Assembly (NCBI GenBank): GCA_963811315.1
Contig: CAWERH010000002.1
Coordinates: forward strand, 247-64,246
DNA: 64,000 nucleotides
Direction of reading: 5' to 3'
From: an uncultured delta proteobacterium
GTDB taxonomy: Bacteria > Desulfobacterota > Binatia > UBA9968
Made by a program: the position numbers and the translations under genes. How positions within the stretch are numbered: position 1 is the first letter of the stretch; every line of letters begins with the position of its first letter. Below, one piece after another: positions 42,131 to 52,902 of the stretch. The notes beneath the pieces were generated by a model that saw only the letters and a program-made list of their open reading frames with translations, was not told where the DNA came from and did not search any database.

Positions 42131-44823
42131 CACGCTAAATTGTAAATCATCGGGTGCCTGTGCCCATGCAAGCTCCGACATCCATCATGTCGGGCTTTAT
42201 AAATGAGTTCCTCGGCTCGTTTGAGAGCGGCATCGATCTGCGCCGGATCTTTGCCGCCGGCCTGGGCGAAATCCGGTCTTCCGCCACCGCCACCACCGAC
42301 CATGGCAGCGAGTTCCTTGATAATATTTCCGGCCTGGTAACGTTTGGTGAGGTCTTTTGTCACCGCAGCGACGAGGTTGACATTGGCTTCACCGGCGCTG
42401 GCCAACACGACGACCCCGGAGCCTAGTTTTTCCTTGAGTTGATCGGCGATGTCGCGCAGCTGCTTGCCGTCGAGACCGTCGATGCGGCTGATCAGAACCT
42501 GAGCGCCGTTCACCGACTTTTTTTGCTCTAGCAACGCGGGAATCCGGTCCTTTTCGAACTGGCCGCGCAGCTTCTCGATTTCTTTCTCCAACTCCTTTTG
42601 CCGATCAAGTAATTTTTTGACTTTATCGACGGCGTCGTCGGTGCTGCCGCGCACGAGATCGCCGATTTCCTTGAGCCGCTGTTCGTAGTTATGAATAAGA
42701 TCGAGAGCGCCTTCGCCGGTCAATGCCTCGACCCGGCGCACGCCTGCAGCGACGCCGCCTTCGGAGTGGAGTTTGAAAATACCGATCTCGCCTGAGGCGT
42801 GCACATGGGTGCCGCCGCACAGCTCGGTGGAAAAGTCGCCCATCTTGACCACGCGCACACGGTCGCCGTATTTGTCGCCAAAGAAGGCTAGCGCTCCCTG
42901 GCGGATGGCATCGTCGTAACTGAGTTCCTGAATCGATACGCCGGCGTCCTCGCGGATATGCTCGTTTACCTCAGTCTCGATCTGGTCAAGCTTTTCGTCG
43001 GCAATCGCGCCAGTGTGACTGAAGTCGAAGCGCAGTCTCTCCGGCGTCACGAGTGAGCCGGCCTGGCGCACATGCTGCCCCAATTCCCGCCGCAATACCG
43101 CGTGCAGAATATGCGTCGCCGAGTGGTTGAGCTTAATTTTTTGGCGATGTTTCCGGTCGACCAAGAGCTGTACTTTGTCGCCGACCTGCACTCGGCCCTT
43201 TTTCATTCTGCCGCGATGAGCGGTGAGCTGCGGCGTCGGGTGTTGGGTATCGATGACCTCAAAGATATCGCCGCGCGCAGTCGTGATTGTGCCCCGGTCG
43301 CCCACTTGCCCACCGGATTCGCCATAAAAAGGAGTCTCGGCCGTGAGCAGGTCGATTTCTTCACCTTCCACCGCTTCAGATTTGCCGCCGCCGCTGCCGT
43401 AGATCGCAAGAACCGAGGATTCGTCTGCGAGACTGTCGTAGCCGGTGAAACAAACCGGCTGGTCCAGTTGAATCTTGGATTCCATCGTGGTTGTTTCGCG
43501 CGCTTCGCGACCGCGAGTGCGTTGCTCCTCCATGAGCTTCTCGAAACCCGCTTGGTCCACGCTCAGACCCTCGCCGCTCAAAATGTCTTCGGTCAAGTCG
43601 AGGGGAAAGCCGTAGGTGTCGTAGAGGCGAAAGGCAACGTCGCCGGACAGGATTTTACTGTTCTCGGCTTTGAGCTTGGCCGTCGCGTCTTCCAAGAGGA
43701 CTAAGCCTTTTTCCAAAGTCTCATCGAAGCGCTCTTCCTCGATGCGAATCACTTCACGGATGCGCTGTTCTTCCTTGCGCAGCTCCGGATAGGCGTCGCC
43801 CATGACTTGCGCGACGGTTTTCGCGACTTCGTGTAAAAAAGGCTCTTGTAGCCCGATCAACCGGCCGTGGCGCGCGGCGCGGCGGAGCAGCCGGCGCAAG
43901 ACGTAGCCGCGCCCTTCGTTGCTTGGCATTACGCCGTCGGTGATTAGAAAACTGACGGCACGGGCGTGATCGTCGATGACCCTGAAAGAAATGTCCGCGA
44001 GCGGATCGACACCATACTTCTTGCCCGTGAGTCTTTCCGTCGTCGCTGTGAGGGCGCGCATGTAATCGATGTCGTAATTCGACAGCACGTTTTGCAACAC
44101 CGCGGTGATGCGCTCCATGCCCATGCCGGTATCGACGTGCTTGGACGGCAGCTCTTCCAAACTCCGGTCTTCCTTGCGGTTGTATTGGATGAAGACCAAA
44201 TTCCACAGTTCGATGTAGCGGGCGCAGTCGCCGTTAACGCGGCATTCATGGCCGGCGACGCCTGGCTTATCACAGGCTGCCGGACCGCGGTCGAGGTGGA
44301 TCTCGCTGCACGGACCGCAGGGACCGGTCTCGCCCATTTCCCAGAAATTTTCTTTTTCGCCGAACCGGCTGATGCGCTCGGACGGCAAGCCGCTGATCTT
44401 TGCCCACAGGCGCGCCGCGTCGTCGTCATCCAAATAGACGGTGGCGTAGAGTTTGTCTTTTGGCAGGCCCCATTCTTGGGTCAACAGTTGCCAAGCCCAC
44501 TCGATCGCTTCGGCTTTGTAGTAATCGCCGAACGACCAGTTGCCGAGCATTTCGAAAAAAGTGTGGTGGTAGGTATCGCGGCCGACGGCTTCCAAATCGT
44601 TGTGCTTGCCGCTGATGCGCAGGCACTTTTGCGCGCTCGCGGCGCGCACGTAGGGTAGGCGTTCCTGGCCGAGAAAAATGTTCTTGAACTGGACCATGCC
44701 GGCGTTGGTAAAAAGCAGAGTCGGGTCTTTGTCCGGAACCAAAGACGAGCTTTTCACCGCGGTATGGCCGTATCTTACGAAATAATCCAAGAATGATTTG
44801 CGTATGTCGTTTCCGGTTATCAT
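42130..44823 (-). CDS. alaS: Alanine--tRNA ligase (true stop probably near 42198)
   Basis: DPTLLFTNAGMVQFK, HHTFFEMLGN, NHSATH, ELCGGTH, GGGGRPDFAQAGG. Confidence 0.99.
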   Translation of the reverse strand: MITGNDIRKSFLDYFVRYGHTAVKSSSLVPDKDPTLLFTNAGMVQFKNIFLGQERLPYVRAASAQKCLRISGKHNDLEAVGRDTYHHTFFEMLGNWSFGDYYKAEAIEWAWQLLTQEWGLPKDKLYATVYLDDDDAARLWAKISGLPSERISRFGEKENFWEMGETGPCGPCSEIHLDRGPAACDKPGVAGHECRVNGDCARYIELWNLVFIQYNRKEDRSLEELPSKHVDTGMGMERITAVLQNVLSNYDIDYMRALTATTERLTGKKYGVDPLADISFRVIDDHARAVSFLITDGVMPSNEGRGYVLRRLLRRAARHGRLIGLQEPFLHEVAKTVAQVMGDAYPELRKEEQRIREVIRIEEERFDETLEKGLVLLEDATAKLKAENSKILSGDVAFRLYDTYGFPLDLTEDILSGEGLSVDQAGFEKLMEEQRTRGREARETTTMESKIQLDQPVCFTGYDSLADESSVLAIYGSGGGKSEAVEGEEIDLLTAETPFYGESGGQVGDRGTITTARGDIFEVIDTQHPTPQLTAHRGRMKKGRVQVGDKVQLLVDRKHRQKIKLNHSATHILHAVLRRELGQHVRQAGSLVTPERLRFDFSHTGAIADEKLDQIETEVNEHIREDAGVSIQELSYDDAIRQGALAFFGDKYGDRVRVVKMGDFSTELCGGTHVHASGEIGIFKLHSEGGVAAGVRRVEALTGEGALDLIHNYEQRLKEIGDLVRGSTDDAVDKVKKLLDRQKELEKEIEKLRGQFEKDRIPALLEQKKSVNGAQVLISRIDGLDGKQLRDIADQLKEKLGSGVVVLASAGEANVNLVAAVTKDLTKRYQAGNIIKELAAMVGGGGGGRPDFAQAGGKDPAQIDAALKRAEELIYKARHDGCRSLHGHRHPMIYNLA

Positions 44824-44830
44824 AAGTCCG

Positions 44831-45333
44831 TTAGTCTTCGTCGATGGACAATCTCAGCAAGTCAAAAATTACTTTGGAACCGTAGCCGCGCCGTTGCAAG
44901 AAGGCCGCTGCGCGGCGCATGACTTTGGCATCTTTCAAATTCTGCCCCTTGAATCGCCGGGTTAACAGGCGCTTGGCGCAGGTCTCCTCGTCTTCTTCCT
45001 TGAAGGTCTCGCGCACAATCTCGCGGGTCGTAGTTTGGCCGATGCCTTTTGCGCGCAGTTCCTGTTCGATGCGCTTGGGACCGTAACCTTGGTTTTGAGC
45101 TCTCGACAATGCCCAATTGCGGGCGAAGGACTCGTCGTTGAGATAATCGAACGAGCGAAGCTTGACCAGCACGTTCTCCACGGTGTCTGCTGGATAATTG
45201 CGCAGGCGCAAATAATTCCGAACTTCGCTTTCGCTGCGTGGCCGATAAGAAAGATAGCGCACCGCCCGTTGGAGTGCGTCGGGGCGCGGGGTCTCCGGCG
45301 TGGACTTTGGGTTTACTTTTTTCAGAGCTCAGA
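44831..45333 (-). CDS. recX: Regulatory protein RecX (5' part frameshifted, start approximate)
   Basis: YLSYRPRSESE, YLNDESFA, GPKRIEQEL, FLQRRGY; directly downstream of recA. Confidence 0.92.
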
Positions 45334-45347
45334 TGGACCTTCTCAAG

Positions 45348-46412
45348 TTACTTGCCTTTGGTTTTTTCTTTTCGATCCGCCACGGTTATGCTTGCCCCGC
45401 CAGCGGCTTCGGATACCGGCGGTTTGATGCCGGTCTTTTCCATGATTTTGGCCAATAGGTCCGCAGCGGTTTCCGAGTGGTCTTTAAGGAACTGTTTCGC
45501 GGCTTCCCGTCCTTGACCGATGCGCTCGCCGCCGTAGGAGTACCAGGCGCCGCTCTTTTCGATGACCCCCATCTCACTGCCAAGATCGACGATCTCGCCG
45601 TCGCGGGAGATACCGGTGCCGTAGAGCAGATCGAATTCGGCTTCTTTGAACGGCGGCGCCATTTTGTTCTTCACCACTTTGACCCGGGCTCGACCGCCAA
45701 TGATGTTATCGCCGTCTTTAAGCGCGCCGATACGCCGAATATCCATACGCACCGAGGCGTAAAACTTGAGCGCGTTACCGCCGGTGGTGGTCTCCGGATT
45801 GCCGAACATGACGCCGATCTTCATGCGAATTTGATTGATGAAGATTACGACAGTGTGAGAACGGGCAATCGTTGCGGTTAATTTTCTTAGCGCCTGTGAC
45901 ATCAGCCGGGCTTGCAAACCCATATGGGAATCGCCCATTTCGCCTTCGATTTCAGCTTTGGGCACCAGCGCCGCAACCGAGTCGATAACCAAAACATCGA
46001 TGGCGCCGCTACGCACGAGAGTCTCGGCGATTTCCAAGGCCTGTTCGCCGTGGTCCGGTTGCGAGATCAACAGATCGTCGGTCTTGACGCCGAGCTTCTT
46101 GGCATAGCCAAGATCCAGCGCGTGTTCGGCATCTATATATGCGCCCATGCCGCCGACTTTCTGGGCCTCAGCGACGATGTGCAGCGCCAGGGTGGTTTTC
46201 CCGGAGGACTCCGGTCCGTAGATCTCGACGACACGGCCACGCGGCACGCCGCCGATCCCGAGAGCGATATCGAGCCCCAAAGATCCGGTAGAAACCACGA
46301 GCACGTCTTTTGCCACGCCGCCTTCGCCGAGCTTCATGATCGCGCCTTTGCCAAACTGCTTTTCGATCTGGCTTACCGCTAAATCAATCGCTTTCTCTCG
46401 GTTCGCATCCAT
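45348..46412 (-). CDS. recA: Recombinase A
   Basis: [38 protein letters not shown]. Confidence 0.99.
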   Translation of the reverse strand: MDANREKAIDLAVSQIEKQFGKGAIMKLGEGGVAKDVLVVSTGSLGLDIALGIGGVPRGRVVEIYGPESSGKTTLALHIVAEAQKVGGMGAYIDAEHALDLGYAKKLGVKTDDLLISQPDHGEQALEIAETLVRSGAIDVLVIDSVAALVPKAEIEGEMGDSHMGLQARLMSQALRKLTATIARSHTVVIFINQIRMKIGVMFGNPETTTGGNALKFYASVRMDIRRIGALKDGDNIIGGRARVKVVKNKMAPPFKEAEFDLLYGTGISRDGEIVDLGSEMGVIEKSGAWYSYGGERIGQGREAAKQFLKDHSETAADLLAKIMEKTGIKPPVSEAAGGASITVADRKEKTKGK

Positions 46413-46427
46413 CCCTGCCTCCTTCAG

Positions 46428-47000
46428 TCATTCGCCGGGTTGCTGATTTAGCGACACGACTTTCAACGTTTGATAAGTTGCTCCTGCGGGTCTGAGCACG
46501 CTCTGATAAAGTACCACTTTGTCAATTGTTGTCTCGCCAAATTCGCAATCGCGCCAGTGCGCCAATGCTTCGCTTAGAGCTTGCGGCGGGCGATCAAACT
46601 GGCGCCAGCGGCCGATGGTCAAATGCGGCGTGAAAGGTCTTTTCTCCGCTACGAAACCAAGCGGCTGGAGAGCCGACTCCACTCGCGCCACGAGCGTCAG
46701 CAGTTGGGTTCCCGCCAAGCCGACCCACAATATTCGCGGGCGCCGCAGGTCAGGAAATACTCCTAAACCTTTAGCATTTATGCTGAACCCCGGAAAGGGG
46801 CGCAATTGCTCCTCGAGAACGGCAGCGACGGAGTTGACACGAGCTTCTTCAATGTCGCCTAGAAATTTTATCGTGAGATGAAAATTTGTCGCTGGCACCC
46901 AGCGAACAGCCGGGATTATCGGCCTGAGCTCGGCGATCGCGTGGGAAATACTTTCTGTGACGTGGGGATCGATATCGATGGCAATGAACGAGCGGATCAC
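46428..47000 (-). CDS. thpR: RNA 2',3'-cyclic phosphodiesterase (2H family)
   Basis: HLTIKFLG and PHLTIGR motifs. Confidence 0.93.
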   Translation of the reverse strand: MIRSFIAIDIDPHVTESISHAIAELRPIIPAVRWVPATNFHLTIKFLGDIEEARVNSVAAVLEEQLRPFPGFSINAKGLGVFPDLRRPRILWVGLAGTQLLTLVARVESALQPLGFVAEKRPFTPHLTIGRWRQFDRPPQALSEALAHWRDCEFGETTIDKVVLYQSVLRPAGATYQTLKVVSLNQQPGE

Positions 47001-47004
47001 GCAG

Positions 47005-48243
47005 CTAACCGATCAGAGCCAGACGCAGCCAGTTGAGCGCCGCCTGGGAAGTGGCGAGGATAATCCGTTCGCGGTCGCCGTGAAACTGGTAATGGCGCGC
47101 TTCATGAATCGTATCCGACGCCAGACCGATCCAAACGGTGCCGACAGGCTTTTCGGGACTTCCGCCGGACGGCCCGGCGACACCGGTAACGCTGACAGCG
47201 ATAGTGGCGCCGGTTCGTTGTTTGATGCCGCGCGACATTTCCAGGGCGGTTTGTTGGCTGACGGCGCCGTGCTTTTCCAGAGTTTCCGACTGAACGCCAA
47301 GGAACTGCATCTTGGCGTCATTTGCGTAGGTGACCGCGCCGCCTAAATAATATGCCGAGCTGCCCGCGACGCGGGTAATGCGATGACTGATCAAACCGCC
47401 GGTGCAAGATTCCGCCAGAGCGAGTGTTTGTTTTTTTTCTAGCAGCAGCTTGCCAACTTGTTCTTCAAGTGTGAGGTCGCCTTCCGCATAGATATGCGAG
47501 CCGAGGATGTTGCGAATTTGATCGCAGAGCCGGACGAAATTCGCAGTTTCCGATTTGCCACCGGCGACCGTTAAACGCAGCGTCAAATCTGGAAAATGGA
47601 CACGAAAGGAGAGCTTGGCTTGAGTTCCCAACGTCAAGGGTTTGACCAGATCGTCGAGCTTAGACTCGGTGAGCCCATAAATTTTAAACGTACCGGTGAA
47701 AACCCCGGCGTTCGCTCCTTGCTGTGCCACGACCCAGGGCAGGACGGTCGCGTTGAACATCGCAGTCATTTCCTGCGGCACGCCGGAGAGCCAGATGAGG
47801 CTTTTAGCATCAGCGATCGCCACGCGAAACCCAGGCGCAGTGCCGACCGGGTTCGCTATGATCGTCGCCCCGTCGGGGAATTGTGCCTGTTTGAGGTTGT
47901 TTTCGGTCCAAGCAAAACCGCGCGCAGCGAAGCGCTGCTTCAGACCTGCTAAGACAGCTTCGTCGAGGATTAATTTTTTGCCGAGAAACTCAGCGACCAG
48001 CTCAGTGGTTAAATCGTCCGCAGTCGGTCCCAGACCGCCGGTGCCGATCACCAGGTCACCCAGATCGCGGGCTTGATGAAAAGCCCAAAGAAGCTTGGCG
48101 CGATCATCGCCGATCTTTAGGATCGCGGCAACTCTCACGCCCACAGAAAACAGCCGGTCCGCGATAAAAGTCGAGTTGGTGTCGATGACCTTGCCCGTAG
48201 TCAGTTCGTCGCCAGTGCTGAGAATCACGGCGCTTTCGATCAT
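47005..48243 (-). CDS. cinA: Competence/damage-inducible protein A (with PncC domain)
   Basis: GDELTTG, GGLGPTADD, AESCTGG, HGAVS, TGVAGP. Confidence 0.96.
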   Translation of the reverse strand: MIESAVILSTGDELTTGKVIDTNSTFIADRLFSVGVRVAAILKIGDDRAKLLWAFHQARDLGDLVIGTGGLGPTADDLTTELVAEFLGKKLILDEAVLAGLKQRFAARGFAWTENNLKQAQFPDGATIIANPVGTAPGFRVAIADAKSLIWLSGVPQEMTAMFNATVLPWVVAQQGANAGVFTGTFKIYGLTESKLDDLVKPLTLGTQAKLSFRVHFPDLTLRLTVAGGKSETANFVRLCDQIRNILGSHIYAEGDLTLEEQVGKLLLEKKQTLALAESCTGGLISHRITRVAGSSAYYLGGAVTYANDAKMQFLGVQSETLEKHGAVSQQTALEMSRGIKQRTGATIAVSVTGVAGPSGGSPEKPVGTVWIGLASDTIHEARHYQFHGDRERIILATSQAALNWLRLALIG

Positions 48244-48710
48244 AACCATCCCGACCGTAGCAGCGCTTGAACTATCACAAACGTGTAAACTCCCGCCGCG
48301 ACATCGTCGAGCACGACGCCGGCGCCGCCTGGAAGCCGCTCCAGACGGGACGCCGGGAAAATTTTCGCGATGTCGAAGAAACGGAACAAAATAAAGCTCG
48401 TTAGCAAGACCGACAATTTGCCCAAACTTAAAAAATTCGCCAGCAGAAACCCGACGACTTCATCGATTACGATGACCTGCGGATCCTTTTGCTTGAGAAT
48501 TTCACAGGCTTTGCTGGAAACAGCTATAGCACAACCGATCGCTAGCGCTAAACTAGCAACGGCGAGCCATAGCGAAAACGTCGCTAAATAATTCAGCGCA
48601 AGAGAAATCGGGATCGCGACCAGCGTGCCGAGGGTGCCGGGCATCAGCGGCAAGTATCCGGTGCCGGCGCCAGTGGCCGCGAACAGTATTAGCTTTTGTT
48701 GGATCGTCAT
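48240..48710 (-). CDS. pgpA: Phosphatidylglycerophosphatase A
   Basis: PGTLGT, DPQVIVIDEVVG, FRFFDIAK, DDVAAG. Confidence 0.95.
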   Translation of the reverse strand: MTIQQKLILFAATGAGTGYLPLMPGTLGTLVAIPISLALNYLATFSLWLAVASLALAIGCAIAVSSKACEILKQKDPQVIVIDEVVGFLLANFLSLGKLSVLLTSFILFRFFDIAKIFPASRLERLPGGAGVVLDDVAAGVYTFVIVQALLRSGWL

Positions 48711-48816
48711 GCCCGTCTCGATCGCCGCAAGACCGCCGGCAACCGGACTCGATAGATGATTACAACTAGCGGATCGCGTAGCTAACTTAAACGGCTCGAG
48801 GGGTAAAACTCTGGTT

Positions 48817-50225
48817 CTACGATTGGGGCGCGGAGCTTAGCTCGACCAAGTAGGTCCGCATCTGGCTCTCGAATACTTTTTGCAGGCCGGGTTCGATACT
48901 TTCGTCCGCTGGAAAATCGACGCTCAAGGGATTGACGTACTGCTGGTCTTTGTACAGTTCGAAATGTAGATGCGGCCCGGTCGATCGTCCGGTGGAGCCG
49001 ACGTAACCTATAACCTGGCCTTTGGTTACCGCGACTCCGGGTTGAATGCCATCCTCGAAACGGTCCAGATGGGCGTAGCGGCTCATGTAGGTGGCATCGT
49101 GCTTTAAATCGATTGCCTTGCCGTAGCCGCCATTCCAACCCGCTTCGGTTATAATCCCGTCCCCCACCGCTCGCACGGGCGTGCCTCTTTGCGCGGCAAA
49201 GTCCACACCGGTATGAGGAAGATTGGTTTTCAACAACGGGTGGAACCGGGAATCGGTGAATTGAGATGTGATGGCGCTGAATTCCAGGGGAAAGCGTAGG
49301 AAGGCCCGCGCCAGGCTGCGCCCCTCTTCGTTATAATAGTTGCCCTGACCCTTTTGCTTTTCGAAATAAATCGCGGTCATCTTGTGGCCGGAGTTGATTA
49401 GTTCTGCGGCTAAAATGCGCAGCGCCGACTTGTTTTCCTGACCCCGACGGCTGCGTTGTTCGTAAAGGATCTTAAAGGTGTCGCCTCTTATGCACTTCCT
49501 TTTCGAGATCGATATCCCAGGTAAAAATGTCGGCTAGCTGGGAGAGCAATGCCGGCTGCAAGCCCGCCTTACGGCCGTCTTCAAAAAGCGAAGTGTCGAC
49601 CATGCCACTGACCGTCTTTACATCGACATCGAACGGCTTCTCCCGGCGCTGAAAAAGAATCCCCCGAATCCCTTTTTCCCAGCTCAGTGCCAAAGCTTCA
49701 GTGTCGTCAATTTCGATTGCTTTTAATTGCCCGGTTACCGTTCTGCCGCCGCGTAAATTGGTTTTGGTGAAATAGAAATGAATATCCTTGCCAGCCGGCA
49801 TCGGGCGATTGCCGATGTCTCTGCGAATTGAACGTTCCCACAAAGATCGCTCACCCTGAGGCATGCTCAGCCGGGTCAAAATCGCGCCAAAATTATCGTC
49901 GGCGCGGGATTTGATGATCATATGCTCCCATTTGTCCGAGGCATCGAAGGGAGGCTGAATCGGTTGTCGGAGTAACGCGTTACGGGTTGGTGAATTGGGG
50001 CGGCGGGTCGATAGATTATTCGCACGGCGTCGCTTTCGCGGTCGAAATTTCTTTGCGTGCGCCGTTCTGTTTAGCGGCGTTGGCTTCGTGGGGTCGTAAC
50101 CCAAAGATACAGCCCAGCACCAACAGCCACGTTAGGACGTTGAACAAGGAAGAAAAACCCGAAGTGCCCTGCGGCCTCAAGCAAGCGTTGCAGGTAACTC
50201 CATAAGCTGTAAGCGCTACGCTCAT
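48817..50225 (-). CDS. M23 family peptidoglycan endopeptidase (MepM-like; frameshifted)
   Basis: HTGVDFAA, YAHL, STGPHLHFE in 48817..49380; upstream domain LADIFTWDID; N-terminal TM in 50016..50225. Confidence 0.9.
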
Positions 50226-50340
50226 GGTAAATAAAGATTACATCTTTTAGTCTTTTTAGCGACCCCTGTCAACCCAAAAGTGGCTTTATCCGGCGCCCGG
50301 AAATTTGCCAAAACGTGAGGTTGTCTGAGGACTTCGAAGT

Positions 50341-52902
50341 TTAATCGGGTTCGCCAAAAACGAATCGCCGCAGGGTAATTTCCAAGAGCAATAAAGCGAA
50401 AGCGAGAACGATTAACGGCTGACGCACCGGTTGGTAGTTCTTTGTCAGACTGGTAGTTTTCAACCCTTCGGCTGGTCTTGGGTTGATTTCGCCGCCGGTT
50501 GCCTCGGCCATGCGGGTGAGTAAGCGGGTGTTAAATTCATTCCTCGGTATTTCACTGGTGAGATCGTAGGCGAGTGAATAGCCGAGCGGCGGATAGGTGA
50601 TGCGCCGCCCGCCGCGATCTTCGGTCAGATCAATGCGATAACTTCCGACGGTCGACAGTGGCAGTATAGCTTGGTAGTGGCCGGGCGCCAGCTTGGTCAG
50701 GCTACCCTCGATTTTGCCCGCTTTGCCGGTGGCGGAAAAACGAAATTGGCTGTTGGCACTGGCGTCTTCATAAACCGCCAGGTCTAAGATCGATCGGTTA
50801 TCGGCAAAGCTAACTCTCGCGTCATGGGCAGGGATCTCGACTTCTTCATTGGGACTGAGCCAATCCAGGACCTTACCCCAGAAACTCTGCAGGTTAGTCC
50901 AGGTAATCCAGTTCCGACTCCAGCGTCCCTCCAAGTCGGTGGTCAACGCGATCGCCTTGCCGCGCCCATAATGCCACGAAGCGAGCAGTGGCATCCGGTG
51001 GTCCTCCCGGAGAATCTGCAAATCCAAGTTGGCGCCGCGTTTGAGTTCGGTTTCCATGTAGCCGAGCACTGGCGGGTAGTTTTTCACGCCAAAACCGGCG
51101 AGCAATTCTGAGCCGGCGACGGGCACAGGAACCAGCGGCTTGATTTCTTTAGGCTCTTCGGGCTGCTTGTCTTGGAGCTGTTCCAACACGATCTGCGGTA
51201 AGGACGAGGGATCGACGACGTGGTGAAATAGGCCGCCGCCGTACTGGCTGATCCGTTTCATGATGCGGACGTCGGCTTCGTTGCTGATGGCAACGGCGGA
51301 AACAGTGATCTTAAGGTCGTTTTTCATCACGCCGATCAAATCGACCAACTCGCCTTGACTGCCGCGGGTAACGCCGTCGCTCAGCAGGATGATGTGCTTG
51401 CGCGATGCGTTGACCCGCTCGAGCTGGCGTTTAGCTTCGAGCAGGGCCGGTAGGAAATAGGTTTGGCCGCCCGGTCTCAGGCGGTCGATCTGGGCATCGA
51501 CCACGCCGCGTAGCCGGGACATGGTTTCCAGATAAACCACGACGAACGGGCTGTCGTCGAAGCCCACGACGCCTAGGAGATCGATGTCCCGCAGCTGCCG
51601 GGCGACCGCTTTGGCCGCTTCCTTGGCGTAGAGAATGCGATTGTCGTCGCGCATACTTCCCGACTTGTCGACGACCAGAACTACGGCGCGGTTCGGTTCC
51701 GGGCGCTTGGGCGGTTCCTTCGGTTCGACGGGAAGAATTTTTTCAATCGGCGTCTGTCGATAACTGGCCGGAGCGAAACTGGCATCGGCGCCAAGCATCA
51801 TAAAGGCATTCCCGTCGGCGACATGGCGCTCGACGGCGGCGAGGTAACCGGCCGAGAATTTTTCGCGCTCGGCATTATTAAATATGACCACCTTGTGACC
51901 ACTGGGCGGTGGCGCCGTGTCCGGCGTACGCGCGACGACATCGAAACCCTGGCGTCTGATAATTTCTTCCAAATATCGCCCACCACCCGGTTGCCCGCTG
52001 ATCACCAGAACTTTGGCTTTGGCGCGTATCGAAACCCAAGCCAAAGCGGAATTGTCGATTGGATAGAGGTCCGCTTCCGCGTCGTGGCTCATGAACGTTG
52101 CCTGGTAGGCGGTAAGGCCGCCCTCGACGGGCGTGGTTTGAAAGGAAAAAGTTTGGCTCCCCGGCGAAAGTTTAACGTTGTCGGATTTGACCGGCTGACC
52201 GTTGCGCGTAAGTATCAAGGTGCCGTCGACAGCACGTTCATTCAGATTGTCGATCACGACTTTGAGATTGAGCGTTTCTCCGCCGTTGCCCTGGCTCGGC
52301 GCGAGGATTTTTGTCACCGCCACATTGGCGATGGCCGGCCGACCCGGCGGCAGCATCGGATAGATTTTGATTCCCGCCGCAGCCGCCGCGGGCAATAGCC
52401 GCTCGACGCTTCCCTGAGTTTCCCAGCCGTCGGTAAAGAGAAACAGGCTGCGCGGCGCGGCGGGGAGGGAGAGCAAGGAATTCAGCAGATTTTCCAAGTT
52501 GGTTTTTTCCGGGTGAATCCCCGCTTGCGCATCGGCATTCAATGCCTCTTTCAAGCCGGGAGCCTGAACGCTGTCCCCGCCGAAAATATAGACCCGGTTA
52601 TCCGTCGCCGGGGCCAGAGTCTTGGTGGCTTCCACCATCCAACGCCGCAGGCTGGGTGGAGTGCTCCGCGATAGGTCGTAGGCGAAGATGCGCTCTTCCG
52701 TGTGCGACTGCTGGCTGGTTGTGGTTGTCTGCGGGTCGGCGAGCGCGACGACAATGAGCGCTAATAGGACGGAACGGAAAATCATCACCGCCACGCGCCG
52801 GTCGCGGTAGCGAAACCAGAGCAGGGGCAAAGCCAACAACAGCCAGAAGTACAGCGGCTTGGCAAATTCGAGGGTGGCGAATAGCTGATTCATCAGCGCC
52901 AT
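50341..52902 (-). CDS. Membrane-anchored VWA-domain protein with glutamine-amidotransferase-like domain
   Basis: MIDAS VVDKSGSM and LLSDG; degenerate first VWA YDLSRS and FTDG; N- and C-terminal TMs. Confidence 0.88.
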   Translation of the reverse strand: MALMNQLFATLEFAKPLYFWLLLALPLLWFRYRDRRVAVMIFRSVLLALIVVALADPQTTTTSQQSHTEERIFAYDLSRSTPPSLRRWMVEATKTLAPATDNRVYIFGGDSVQAPGLKEALNADAQAGIHPEKTNLENLLNSLLSLPAAPRSLFLFTDGWETQGSVERLLPAAAAAGIKIYPMLPPGRPAIANVAVTKILAPSQGNGGETLNLKVVIDNLNERAVDGTLILTRNGQPVKSDNVKLSPGSQTFSFQTTPVEGGLTAYQATFMSHDAEADLYPIDNSALAWVSIRAKAKVLVISGQPGGGRYLEEIIRRQGFDVVARTPDTAPPPSGHKVVIFNNAEREKFSAGYLAAVERHVADGNAFMMLGADASFAPASYRQTPIEKILPVEPKEPPKRPEPNRAVVLVVDKSGSMRDDNRILYAKEAAKAVARQLRDIDLLGVVGFDDSPFVVVYLETMSRLRGVVDAQIDRLRPGGQTYFLPALLEAKRQLERVNASRKHIILLSDGVTRGSQGELVDLIGVMKNDLKITVSAVAISNEADVRIMKRISQYGGGLFHHVVDPSSLPQIVLEQLQDKQPEEPKEIKPLVPVPVAGSELLAGFGVKNYPPVLGYMETELKRGANLDLQILREDHRMPLLASWHYGRGKAIALTTDLEGRWSRNWITWTNLQSFWGKVLDWLSPNEEVEIPAHDARVSFADNRSILDLAVYEDASANSQFRFSATGKAGKIEGSLTKLAPGHYQAILPLSTVGSYRIDLTEDRGGRRITYPPLGYSLAYDLTSEIPRNEFNTRLLTRMAEATGGEINPRPAEGLKTTSLTKNYQPVRQPLIVLAFALLLLEITLRRFVFGEPD